A stretch of 64,000 nucleotides of DNA from an uncultured Gemmatimonadales bacterium (GCA_963739455.1 CAVUAK010000003.1:416001-480000); one strand, 5' to 3'; positions 1-10,308 are shown, numbered from the stretch's first letter. The notes: generated from the letters alone by a model not told the origin. Program-made: numbers and translations.

Positions 1-930
1 CTGCGCCGCGTTCACCCGCCGGATCATCGCCCGGAGTGAATCGGGCGGAAGTTCGCCGGTGACCACCAGCATGCGATCACCCCGCTGCATTGCCTCGGCC
101 GGCCTTCCGGCCGAGTCGAGGCCACCGTCGCCGCGCCGCGAGAGAAGCTGGGTCACGTCCGCCGCTGGACCCTCGATGGTCTGGATGACCTGGCCGGACG
201 AGAGCCGCTGCGCCACCACCATCATTGGGGAACCACCCTCACGGCTCGGCTGGACCTGCACCTCTTCCACTGGTACCCCCTCGATACGCGCAGGCGACTT
301 CCCCGCCACATCCTGTGCCTTGTCCCATGGCACCGTGCGCCAATAGCCCTGAAGACCCGGGTCGGCGTCGGTCGGCAGCGCGGAGGTGGAGGATTCAACG
401 GAAGGAGGTGACGAACCATCGGGTGCCGGGGCGATTTCCTCGGGGGCCGGCGTGGCAATGGCCACAGGTCGAATCGCCGGACGGCGGCTGACACGCATCG
501 AGGCCGGAACAACGGACTGCGTCGCAAGGGGAGACACGCTTTGTCCCCCGGTCGTCGCCGTCGTCACTGCCGCGACTGCTGCAGGCGTGCCCTCGGGAGT
601 GCGGGACGCTGATCCCACCGACCGGATCCCGTATCCCAGCCCCAGCGCGCCGACCAGGCTGGCCGCCCAGAGCGCACGGCGGTTCCGCTGCCGGCGCGGG
701 GCGCGCGCGAGCTGGCGGCGGTTCAGTTCCTCGAGCGACACGGGAATGCGACGGGCAGGGGCGAGGGTACCGAGCAGGAGCGTCGTCTGGTCGCGCAGCG
801 CAGCGATCGCGTCGCGCTGGCTGCTGCAGAAGCCGCAGCTGGCCAGGTGGCTCTCGATTACCACGCATCGCGACCGGCTCAGCGCCTGGTCGAGATATGC
901 GTGCAGCTCGTCCTCAAGAATGTGCGACAT
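1..930 (-). CDS. Zinc-finger (zf-HC2) membrane anti-sigma factor, 3' end off window
   Basis: Manual translation MSHILEDELHAYLDQAL...IESHLASCGFC (HxxxCxxC), then a hydrophobic segment ALWAASLVGALGLGY. Overlaps the end of the ECF sigma gene. Missing from the ORF track because it runs off the edge. Confidence 0.85.
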   Translation of the reverse strand, partial: MSHILEDELHAYLDQALSRSRCVVIESHLASCGFCSSQRDAIAALRDQTTLLLGTLAPARRIPVSLEELNRRQLARAPRRQRNRRALWAASLVGALGLGYGIRSVGSASRTPEGTPAAVAAVTTATTGGQSVSPLATQSVVPASMRVSRRPAIRPVAIATPAPEEIAPAPDGSSPPSVESSTSALPTDADPGLQGYWRTVPWDKAQDVAGKSPARIEGVPVEEVQVQPSREGGSPMMVVAQRLSSGQVIQTIEGPAADVTQLLSRRGDGGLDSAGRPAEAMQRGDRMLVVTGELPPDSLRAMIRRVNAAQ

Positions 931-1429
931 CGGCCTCGTGGTAGTTCTGGCGTTCGTGCGCTTCGACCAGCCGGCGACGTGCCCTGGCCAGCGTGGTGCC
1001 GATGGCCCCCACGGCCAGCCCGGACTGCTCGGCGATCTCTGGATAGCTCATTCCTGCATCCCACAGCAACAGCACTTCCTGGTCCCGCGAGGAGAGCGTG
1101 CCCAGCGCCAGCTTGACCTGCTCGCTCTGTTCATCGTCCTCGACCTGTTCCTCGGCGTCGCGGGCCCTGGAGGGCATCACTCCCGGCTCCGACTGCATCA
1201 GCACCAGATGGCGCCGCCTCCGGATCGCCGCCCTGGCCTCGTCGCGCGCCAGGTTAGCCGCCACCGCAAAGATCCACGCCCGCGGCTTTTCCGGCCGGTG
1301 CGCCAGCAGACGCATGAAGACTTCCTGCGCCAGGTCCTCGGCGCGATCGGCATCCCAGACCTTGCGGTAGAGGTACCGAACGACCGCGGTATAGGTGCTC
1401 TGGTAGAGTTCTTCGAGTTCGTCTGCCAT
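914..1429 (-). CDS. ECF sigma-70 factor
   Basis: Region 2 DRAEDLAQEVFMRL..PRAWIFAVAANLARD; region 4 GMSYPEIAEQSGLAVGAIGTTLARAR. Confidence 0.95.
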   Translation of the reverse strand: MADELEELYQSTYTAVVRYLYRKVWDADRAEDLAQEVFMRLLAHRPEKPRAWIFAVAANLARDEARAAIRRRRHLVLMQSEPGVMPSRARDAEEQVEDDEQSEQVKLALGTLSSRDQEVLLLWDAGMSYPEIAEQSGLAVGAIGTTLARARRRLVEAHERQNYHEADVAHS

Positions 1430-1485
1430 CAGGCCCTCCAACGGGACCCTGCGCCGACTAACGAGACTTGTGCCTAATCACAGCA

Positions 1486-1512
1486 TAGACGTCAGAACGC
1501 ATTGAAGTTGCA
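1486..1512 (-). promoter_or_regulatory. Candidate ECF-type autoregulatory promoter
   Basis: Minus strand TGCAAC-N15-CGTCTA upstream of the ECF gene; spacer is shorter than typical. Confidence 0.35.
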
Positions 1513-1552
1513 CACTTTCTGCCTACCCGGGAAGTGCCCACCCACTTCCAGC

Positions 1553-2335
1553 CTAGCCGCCCTTTTTCGCCCGTTTCCGGCCCTGAAACACGCATCCTGG
1601 GTGCAGTCCCTTGCCCTTTGGCGGCCACTCGAAGCACAGGTCCGGCTTGGCCGTCCGGCCGTCTGCCCGCTGACGCCCGTGGAGCGTGCAGGCCACCCCG
1701 CCATCCTCGATGAACCCGCAGGCAGAAATCATCTCGACGTCGATCGAGAAGTCGCCTTCCCGCCCCACCTTGCACAGGTAGGGTGACTTCCGGTGCCGCA
1801 CGAGCGCCTCCAGGAACTTCTGCTTCCGGGTGCACATGATCTCGACCTGCAGGTCCCGGCAGCAGGCGGCTCCCCGCTTGTGGTCCGATGTCTCGCAGGG
1901 CGCTCCCTCGCACGGGTTGCCGGAGTCGGTGCTGAGCACCGGCAGGGAGCGTGGCGGGGTTGGCGGCGGGAAGTGCCGGTTCACCACCTTCATCCGGTCC
2001 ACAACCCGGAACCGGTCCTTCCCCAGTTGCCTGGGCTGCTCCTGAACCCGGGGTGGCCGCGGGGTGCGCCCCTCGAAGCCGTGGGCGGCGCACCGCGACT
2101 GGCCGTCACCGAAGCTTTTCAGGTGCCGACAGGGTACATGCAGCACGGCGTCGACATACAGCTCGCCCTCCCCGGTCCACACCTCGCCGAACGAGATGCG
2201 CTGCGTATGGCCCAGGAGCCAGGTTGCCTCATGATCCAGGGAGGCAGCCCCCTCCTCCAGGGACCCGATGCGCAGCAACACGTCGAGCGCCTGGCACTGG
2301 CGGCCAAGAGATTCACAGCCTGGGGGAGCGCTCAT
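1553..2335 (-). CDS. Cys-rich protein with tandem YkgJ/CxxCxxCC-like metal-binding domains
   Basis: PCEGAPC..AACC...ACGFI..ACTLHG..KPDLCFEWP in the C-half; degenerate copy PCRHL...RCAAHG in the N-half. Confidence 0.6.
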   Translation of the reverse strand: MSAPPGCESLGRQCQALDVLLRIGSLEEGAASLDHEATWLLGHTQRISFGEVWTGEGELYVDAVLHVPCRHLKSFGDGQSRCAAHGFEGRTPRPPRVQEQPRQLGKDRFRVVDRMKVVNRHFPPPTPPRSLPVLSTDSGNPCEGAPCETSDHKRGAACCRDLQVEIMCTRKQKFLEALVRHRKSPYLCKVGREGDFSIDVEMISACGFIEDGGVACTLHGRQRADGRTAKPDLCFEWPPKGKGLHPGCVFQGRKRAKKGG

Positions 2336-2394
2336 GGCTTCCGATCGGGTGTTCGAGGGGGGAACTGCGCCAAGCTACCCGGTTTACCCCGGAC

Positions 2395-2412
2395 TTGTGA
2401 AGCGTTTCACGA
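2395..2412. promoter_or_regulatory. Rex- or CRP/FNR-family operator-like palindrome
   Basis: TTGTGAA-GCGT-TTCACGA, one mismatch from TTGTGAA-N4-TTCACAA, between divergent genes. Confidence 0.55.
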
Positions 2413-2479
2413 ACCGTATTTTCCGCACCGGTATACCGGTATGCCCGAAGCTGTTCACCCCTGTGGAGGCTTGATCGCA

Positions 2480-2980
2480 ATGCGTGGAAATTTCCTGGTG
2501 GCGGGTGCGGTGCTGTTCCTGGCCGCGTGCGGTGGCGAGAAGAAGGCGGAGGCGCCAGCCGCTGCCGCCCCGGATGCGGCGGCCCCGGCTGCGGCGCCTG
2601 CGGCTGAAGCTCCGGCCATGTCGGCGGCCCCGGCCCCGACCGGCGCCACGATCGACGTGAACATGGAACTGGTCGGCAGCACCTACAAGTACGATCCAGC
2701 GACCATCAGCGCCAAGGCTGGCGACGTGATCCGGTTCCACAACAAGAGCGGTGGTCCGCACAACGTCGCGTTCGATGCCGCCGGCATTCCCTCCGGTTCC
2801 GCCGGTGCAATCGATGCCGCGCTCGGCGCCACCAAGATGGGTCCCCTCATGGGCGCCCTCCTGGTCGAGCCGGATGCCATCTTCACGTTCTCGACCGCGG
2901 GCCTCCCGGCCGGCACGTACAACTTCCACTGCACGCCGCACCAGGCGCTCGGCATGAAGGGTGTATTGACGATCAGCTGA
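2480..2980 (+). CDS. Plastocyanin-type blue copper lipoprotein
   Basis: Lipobox FLAAC, Ala/Pro linker, PHNVAF and CTPHQALGM type-1 Cu ligands; RBS GGAGG. Confidence 0.93.
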   Translation: MRGNFLVAGAVLFLAACGGEKKAEAPAAAAPDAAAPAAAPAAEAPAMSAAPAPTGATIDVNMELVGSTYKYDPATISAKAGDVIRFHNKSGGPHNVAFDAAGIPSGSAGAIDAALGATKMGPLMGALLVEPDAIFTFSTAGLPAGTYNFHCTPHQALGMKGVLTIS

Positions 2981-2984
2981 ACCG

Positions 2985-3060
2985 CGTGAGGAGTAACGGG
3001 TGAGGGGTGAGGGGGGTTCGTTCCTCCTCACCCCTCACGCTTTTTCAGTTCCTCCTCACG
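2985..3060. terminator. Heptamer-periodic inverted repeat / terminator between convergent genes
   Basis: GTGAGGGGTGAGG...CCTCACCCCTCAC followed by TTTTT. Confidence 0.7.
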
Positions 3061-3928
3061 CACTTGGTTCCAGTCGAGCTGCCACCCACGGAACGACGAG
3101 CCCGACAAGGACGCCTGCGATCGCATCCCACGCGTAGTGCATCTGCGTATACACCGTTGCGATGGGCATCAGGACCACTGGCACGAGCAGGATCCAGCCC
3201 AGTGTGCGGTTTCCCTTGAACGTCGCCAGTCCGGCGGCGGTCGCGGCGGCCACGTGCGATGAAGGAAAGGCGGCCCCGAAGGAGCTGCCTGACGCCAGCA
3301 TGGCATACACCAGGTGGGCCGGCAGGTTGTCCACCATGAGCCCAGTCGGGCGCTCGAACACGTAGTACGGACCCGCGACCGGGTAGAGCACGAAGACAAG
3401 CGAGCAGACGCTGAACGTGCACACGACGTTGCGCGTGAATCGCCGGAAGGCAGGCCAGTTTCCGGTCAGCAGGAAGAAGAACGCCGGCACCGCGAGGATC
3501 AGGTAATAGCCGAAGTAGACACCATGCAGCAGCGTCGACCAGAAGGGGCTGGTGTGCCCACGCCACCAGTCGCGGGCTGGCTGCATCCCGAACGCCGCTT
3601 CCTCCCAGCGCCAGCAGCACGTCGTCATGTGCCCTCAGCTGTCCGCCACCGCTCAGCACATCCAGTGCGGCGTAGCTGACCAGCACGAGGATCAGGGGCA
3701 TGACCTCGCGCAGGAGCCGGCCGGCGGCGCCCAGGCCGGGGCGCGTCACCAGCCAGAGCCACACGACGATGAGCAGGTGCGCGAGCGCGACGAACCAGTT
3801 GCCGCGCGTCAGGTCGAGGCGGGTGAGGGCGGTGATGTCACGATCGCCGCATAGGTCGCGAGGAAGATTTCGGCGGCGCGCCACCGCGGGGCGCCACTTT
3901 CCGGCGGCGGGACTAGCGGGGAAGCCAA
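3056..3928 (-). CDS. PAP2-superfamily membrane protein, AUR1/inositol-phosphorylceramide synthase-like (2 apparent frameshifts)
   Basis: YPVAGPY, AAFPSSH and MHYAWD motifs; multiple TM segments; pieced from 3 frames; TTG start overlapping the upstream SDR. Confidence 0.75.
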
Positions 3929-4894
3929 CCTGAGTCCTGGTACCACGCCTTGGTGGCCGCGAGGCCACGGTCGAGGTCGTGCTCCGGCGTCCATCCCGTC
4001 TCGGACATCAGCTGCGTGGGATCTCCCGTCCAGCCGGGCGAGAAGAAATCGTGCGCCTTGTCGGCCCGGAGGATCGTCCGGTTGCCGAGGAGTCCGGCCA
4101 CCTGGCCCGCGGCGCCGAGCAGCACTTTCGCCGCGGGCTGGGGAATGGGAATGATGCGCACGTTCGCGGCCCATGAGCTTGCCGATGCGGCCGACGAGGT
4201 CCCTGGTGGTGACGATTTCGGGATGGTTCGTGAAGTAGGAGCGACCCTCGATGCCGGGCGTGCTGCCGATCAGTTCGAGCGACCGCGCCAGGTCGGGCGC
4301 GTACACCATCGACAGTTCCTGGGAACCGTCACCAAAGAGCGGTGCGAGGCCCGATCGCACCAGCTTGAACACCTGCAGGAAGTTGTCGCTGTCGCGCGGG
4401 CCATACACCGCCGGTGGCCGCGCGATGACCCATGGCAGGTGACTCTGGCGCACCACCTGTTCGGCCGCGTGCTTGCTCCGGCCATACATGGTGACCGGCG
4501 CCTCGGGCTGGTCGGCGGTGCGCGGTACGCCGAGCGCCGCCGGTCCCGCCGCGGCGAGCGAACTCACGTGCACGAGCCGGGCATAGGGCGCAAGCTGCTC
4601 CATGGCGCGCACGATGTTGGCCGTGCCGTCGCGGTTGGCCCGGAAGAATTCCGCCTCGTCCTTTGCCGCCACCAGCGCGGCCACGTGGTACACCACATTC
4701 TGCCCGCGGACCGCGTCGCGAATCGCCGCCTCGTCGTGAAGGTCGCCCTTCACCAGGCGGACACCGCGCGCCTCGAGTCCCGCGGCCTTCGCCGGCGAGC
4801 GCACCAGCGCGGTCACGTCATGTCCCGACGCGAGGAGCCGGTCGACGAGATGGCTCCCGACGAATCCGGTACCTCCGGTCACCATCGCCTTCAT
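3913..4894 (-). CDS. NAD-dependent epimerase/dehydratase (extended SDR), candidate ceramide reductase (frameshift ~4165)
   Basis: [13 protein letters not shown] Rossmann motif; YGRSK catalytic YxxxK; RPPAVYGP. Confidence 0.85.
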
Positions 4895-6027
4895 GCGGGG
4901 CGGTCGTACAGGCGGTAGGTCTTGTAGACGCGGAAGTTCATCTTCTCGAGGCCTGCGTTCATCGCGGGGTTGTCCTCCAGGATCCAGCCTGCCTCGCCCC
5001 AGTAGATCTTCTGCTCGCCCGCCTTGGTCCAGATCCAGTGGTAGAGCATCGCGTCGACGCCGCGGCCCCTCCACTCCGGCAGGATGCCAAGCAGGATGAT
5101 GCGGCACCGACGCAGCCGGTGCGTCTTCAGCAGCCAGAACGTCTTCACCAGGAAGCGCACCAGCCCGCCGCTCTTGTTCCCCACCAGCGCGGAGTTGAGG
5201 TCGGGCAGCACGAGGCCGAAGGCGATGATCTTGCCGTCCTTCTCGGCGAACGGCACGAGCTCGGGAATGACGACCGGCTTGAACGCCTTGGCGAGGTGGT
5301 CGATCTCGTGGTCGGTCATGGGGATGAATCCCCAGTTCTTCTCCCACGCCGCGTTGTAGATCTCCTTGATCCGCTCCACCTCGGCGGGGAAGTCCTTCAT
5401 GTCCAGCGCGCGGAGGGTGATGCCCTGCCGCTTCTGGATGAGCTCCGTGCCGCGCGCCAGTCGCTCAGGGACCGGCACGTACTGCTCCATCGCGCCGCCC
5501 TGGTATACCAGCAGGTCCTTCGCCTTGACGAAGCCCGCCGCCTCGGTGAGCGCGCACGTAGTAGGGCGGGTTGTGCGGCATCAGCAGGGTGGGGGGCGTG
5601 TCGAAGCCATCGATCAGGAGGCCACACTGGTCGTTGGTGGAGAACGACGCCGGCCCGCGCATCACGTCGAGCTTTCGCGCGCGGAGCCACGCCGCGGCGG
5701 TGGCGAAGAGGGCATCGGCCACCGACTGGTCGTCGATGCAGTCGAACCAGCCGTAGAAGCCCACGCGGTCGCCGTGGGTCTCGTTGTGCAGCCGGTTCTC
5801 GATGGCGGCAATCCGGCCGACGACCGTGCCACTGCGCTCCGCGAGGAAGTACTCCGCCTCGGCGTGCTCGAAGAAGGGGTTCTTCTTGCCGGTCGAGCGT
5901 CATGTCGATGTCGAAGCCGGAGTGGCGGAACCCAGACGGGATCGCCGGCGAACAGCTGGTAGGGAAGGTCGATGAACCACTTCAGGTCCCGGCGCGAGCG
6001 CACCGGGCGGACGGTAACCTGCGTCAG
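4891..6027 (-). CDS. Tandem-GNAT N-acyltransferase, bacterial ceramide synthase-like (several frameshifts)
   Basis: [77 protein letters not shown]; directly downstream of the Spt-like gene. Confidence 0.8.
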
Positions 6028-7236
6028 ATGACGCCCAGCTCGCGGCCGATGCGCCCGAACTGCTCCAGACAGAAGTCGATCTGGTCGAAGGTGTGGGTGG
6101 CCATGACGCTGGTGCGGAGGCGGCACTGCGACGGCGGCACCGCCGGCGGGGCCACCGGGTTGGTGAATACACCGGCGTCGAACAGCTGCCGCCACATGAT
6201 GAAGGTCTTCTCCAGCGGGCCGATCAGCACCGGCAGGATCGGCGTTTCCGACGGCCCGATGTCGAAGCCGAGCTGGCGGAAGCCGGCCTGGAGCCGGTTG
6301 GTGTTGGCCCAGAGGCTCTCGCGCCGCTCCGGCTCCGACTGCAGCACCTCGAGCGCCGCGAGCACGCCGGCGGTGTTGGCGGGCGGCAGCGACGCGGTGA
6401 AGATGAGCGGGCGGCTGTGGTGCCGCAGGTAGTGGATGACGCTCTCGGATGACGCCACGAAGCCGCCGATCGACGCCAGCGACTTGGAGAAGGTGCCGGC
6501 GATGATGTCGACTTCGTCGGTGAGCCCGAAGTGGGCCGCGGTGCCCTGGCCATTGGGCCCGAGCACGCCGATCGAGTGCGCGTCGTCCACGGCCAGCGCC
6601 GCGCCATGCTTGTGCGCGATGCGCACGAGGTTCGGGACGTCCGCGATGTCGCCTTCCATCGAGTAGACGCCGTCCACCACGATCATCGTGCCGCGACCTG
6701 CCTTGTCGCGCTCGCGCTCCAGCTTCCGCTCCAGCCCGGCCAGGTCGCCATGGTTGAAGCGCTCCGTCTCGCCGTAGCTCATCTTGGCGCCGTCGACGAC
6801 CGACGCATGATCGAGCTTGTCGAGCAGCACCACCTCGCCGCGACCGATCAGCCCGGAGATGAGGCCGAGGTTGGCCTGGTAGCCGGTGGAGAAGATGAGG
6901 CACGCTTCCTTGCCCAGGAACGTGGCAAGGTTGTGTTCCAGCTTTTCGTGGAGGTCCAGGGTGCCGTTCAGGAACCGGCTGCCGGTGCAGCCCGGAGCCG
7001 TACTGGTGCAGCGCCTTCTGGGCCGCTTCGAGGACCTTCGGATGGTGCGTGAGGCCGAGATAGTTGTTCGAGCCCAGCATGATGCGCCGCTTGCCCTCGA
7101 TGATGACGACAGTGTCCTCGGACTCTGAGATCGGCTTGAAGTACGGGTATAGACCCGCAGCCTGGATTTCGCGTGCCTTGGTGAACTGCCGGCACTTCTC
7201 GAAGAGGGACACCTGATGCACTATTTCTGCGTCCAC
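6024..7236 (-). CDS. spt: Serine palmitoyltransferase-like alpha-oxoamine synthase (frameshift ~6990)
   Basis: [34 protein letters not shown] and PLP-lysine motif [12 protein letters not shown], typical of bacterial Spt; operon context. Confidence 0.75.
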
Positions 7237-7324
7237 GGCGCCTCGCGACTGCGGATGAAACGCCCGGTTGCTCGATGGGCGGTATGGCCTTGCAAACTAA
7301 CGAGTTGTAGCGGAAGTTCAATCC

Positions 7325-7826
7325 ATGTCACACACGCCCAATGAGCCGCGCCGCGAATTCCTGAAGCAGGGTCTGGCCGTGGGCCTGACCGTCGCCGCGG
7401 GGCAGGCGTTTCGGCCAGGACGTCTCGTCGGGCAGGCCCTCGATCCCGACCCGGAAGTGCCCAACGAGCAGGTGGCGCAGATCCTCAAGGACCTCTTCGG
7501 CGACCGACCCATCCGTCGCGGCCAGGTGCTCCTCGACATGCCGGTCGTGGCAGAGGATGGTCGGGTGGTGCCGGTCATCATCGAGGCGCCCGACCTGCCG
7601 ATGACCGCGGACGAACTATGTGAAGGCGGTGCACCTCATCGTCGATCACAATCCTGATCCGCACCTGGCGGCGTTCGACGTCACCCCGGCCATGGGCAAG
7701 CTCTCGCTCCAGTTCCGCATCAAGATGAAGCGGACCACCTGGGTGCGTGCCATCGTCGAGACGAACACCGGCGACGTGTGGGCCGACTATGCCCGGGTCA
7801 ACGTGTCGCTGAACGGGTGCGGCTGA
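7325..7826 (+). CDS. soxY: SoxY-like sulfur carrier with Tat signal (frameshift ~7615)
   Basis: RREFLK Tat motif; AEDGRVVPV, DHNPDP, RIKMKRT; C-terminal VSLNGCG. Confidence 0.85.
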
Positions 7827-8159
7827 TGACCATCGGCGAAGCGCGCATCCGCGTTCCCAGCGAAGATCCAGCAGGGCGACATCATTTCGGTGAGCGCCAT
7901 CGTGCAGCACCCGATGGACACCGGCTTCTTCCGCTCGGCCGATGGCCAGCCGATCCCGGCGTATTTCATCAAGGACGTGACGGTCGTGTATGCCGGGTCG
8001 CAGGTGGCGCACTTCATCTGGACCTCCGGCATCAGTCGCGATCCCGTGGTGACGTTCCCGCTCATCGCCGATCGTGAAGGACCGCTCACGATCCGCTGGG
8101 TCGACAACAAGGGTGCCGTGTTCGAGCAGACGGCGCAGATCGCGTTCAGCACCACCTGA
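7826..8159 (+). CDS. soxZ: SoxZ-like protein (frameshift ~7860)
   Basis: HPMDTG...GQPIPAYFI...SGISRDP...WVDNKG; TGATG coupling with soxY. Confidence 0.85.
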
Positions 8160-9158
8160 CGCTCCGACTCACCTTCCTGCTCGCGGCGACGCTCGTCTCT
8201 GTGCCTGCCAGCGCCCAGGTCAAGCCGCGCTACAACGCCTTCACGCGAACCACGTCGACGACCGTCTATCCGCTGCGCGAGCTCGCACCCGGCGTTTTCG
8301 TGGTGTCCGGAGACTCCGGCAAGGGCGTCGAGGGTCGGCCCAATGCCGGGTTCGTCGTGTCGCCAGGAGGCGTCCTGGTGATCGGAGGCCTGGCCAGTCC
8401 GGTGCAGGGCGACGCCGTGCTGCGCACCATCCGCACCCGCACCCCCCTCCCCATCGGGTGGTTCGTCCTGTACGCGCATCACCCCGACATGCAGTTCGGC
8501 GCCATCGCGATGAAGCGAGCTGGCGCCATCATCATTGCCCATCCCGATGCCAACATCCTCGCCTCCGAGGGCGGGCCCGACCAGATGGTGGCAGACTGGG
8601 ACCAGGTGGTGGGGCTGCAGGAGATGCTCGGGTTCGAGTTCGCCAATGTTCCCGATCGCCCGGTTACCGCGGCCGACACGCTGCGGCTGGGCGCCCGGCG
8701 GGTGGTCGTCTGGCACCCCGGCGCCGCGCATTCGCCGGGAGACCTGATGCTCTGGCTGCCCGACGACGGGATTCTCTTCGCCGGCGACGTGCTGGTGGAG
8801 GATGGCGTGACGATGGTGATCGACGGAAGCTCCATTGCGCTGCTGCGCGTGCTCGATGCCATCGAGCAGCTCCAGCCGCGGGTCATCGTTCCGGGGCATG
8901 GTCGCATCGTCACCAATCCCCAGGCACTCATCGATTCGACCCGCAGCTACATCACGGCCCTGCGCGCGGAAATGCGCGCGGCGGTCGAGGGTGGGGTGCC
9001 GATGCGCCGCGCGATGGCGCTCACTGCCTCCCGCCGACGAGGATCGCCCGGTGTCGCTGAATAGCCGGCTGCGGCGCAATGCCAATCGTGTCTACGTTGA
9101 AATGGAGCGCGAGGTCATGGGACTCGGCACCGACCAGGCGCCGGAGGAAGGAAAGTGA
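8156..9158 (+). CDS. Exported metallo-beta-lactamase-fold protein, SoxH-like, with degenerate metal motif (frameshift ~9020)
   Basis: Signal peptide; NAGFVV, AHSPGD, LFAGDV, VPGHG; HxHxDH replaced by AHHPDM; start uncertain. Confidence 0.8.
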
Positions 9159-10100
9159 ACCGGCGACGCGCGCTCCTGGTCGCGACCGCCCTTGCCTGGC
9201 TTCCTGCCGGGGCCTCGGCACAGCAGGCTGCAACCGTGCCCCAGCTTCTTTCCACTGATTCACTGGCGGCATGGCAGGAGCGCGGCGTGCCGCTGCGGCT
9301 GCTCGACGTGCGCCTCGACGTGTGGACCTACCTGAAGGGTCACCTGCCCGGGGCGCAGTACCTCAACATCGAGACGCTGCGTGCCAGCAAGGGCGGTGTC
9401 CCGGTGCAGCTGCTCGATGCGCCGTGGTACCGCGAGCTGTTCAAGCGCCTGGGACTCGATCCCGCCGTGCCGGTCGTGGTGTACAGCACGGGCGAAACAC
9501 TGAACATCGACGCGACATTCGCCGTCTGGATACTCGCGTCCATGGGGCACCCCAGGGTGTATCTCCTCGATGGCGGCTCGTCCAAGTGGAGTCTCGAGGG
9601 AAGGGAGATCGCGCGACGGTATCCCGATGTCGAGCCGGCCGGGCGCTGGTGGAACTCGCGATCCTTCCGGCCGGCCGTGGCGACGATTGCCGATGTGCAG
9701 CACGGCTTCGAGACTGGCGTGCTGCTCGTCGACGCCCGTCCCCATGAACAGTACGTGGGGGACGCAGGCTCCCAGATGCGACAGGGACACCTTCCCGGTG
9801 CCGTCAACCACTACTGGCAGGATGACCTCGAGACCGTTGGGTTCGGCCGGGTCTTTCGTTCCGTGGACAGCCTGCGTGCCCGATACGTCGCCGAGGGGAT
9901 CGTGCCCGAACGGGACATCATCCTCTACTGCAACAGTGCGACCGAGGCGAGTCACGTGTATTTCGTGCTCACGTACCTCCTCGGCTTTCCGCGCGTGCGC
10001 ATCTACGCTGGATCCTGGACGGAGTGGGCCGAGCGTGAAGAGCTGCCGGTCGAACGCGGGATGGGGCCCGGGAGGAGCCAAATCCCTCCGCGCCCAATAG
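9155..10100 (+). CDS. Exported tandem-rhodanese sulfurtransferase (3' end uncertain, ~10100-10303)
   Basis: Signal peptide; GHLPGA twice; LLDGG; active-site loop YCNSATEA; YAGSWTEW. Confidence 0.9.
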
Positions 10101-10241
10101 CTGACGGTTGCGCCCGCCCCGATAGTCCCGTAGCCTTGTTACATACCATTACTGTCACACCACGTGACGACTTTGCTGTCGTGCGGCGGTTCCCGAGCCC
10201 CCGGGCGGGACCGGGGAGCCCTGCACAAGGCATTCACGTCG

Positions 10242-10278
10242 GCCAGAGGCCTGCCGCGAGCAGGCCTCTGGCGCATTT
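10242..10278 (+). terminator. Strong hairpin, probable terminator
   Basis: GCCAGAGGCCTGC-cgcga-GCAGGCCTCTGGC (13-bp perfect stem) then GCATTT. Confidence 0.55.
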
Positions 10279-10290
10279 GAGGTCTAACAT

Positions 10291-10308
10291 ATGGGTCGAT
10301 TGACCCAT
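10291..10308. promoter_or_regulatory. Palindromic operator, copy 1
   Basis: ATGGGTC-GATT-GACCCAT upstream of the LuxR-type gene; near-identical to 32241-32260. Confidence 0.6.

Noticed and set aside
2480..2980. Evidence for photosynthesis
   Set aside because: Lipoprotein cupredoxins are common in non-phototrophs; no photosynthesis genes here
6024..7236. BioF or Kbl call
   Set aside because: No bio or tdh genes nearby; N-terminal motifs and the GNAT/SDR context favour Spt, though phylogeny is still needed
7325..8159. Evidence for lithotrophic thiosulfate oxidation
   Set aside because: soxAX, soxB and soxCD are absent from the window
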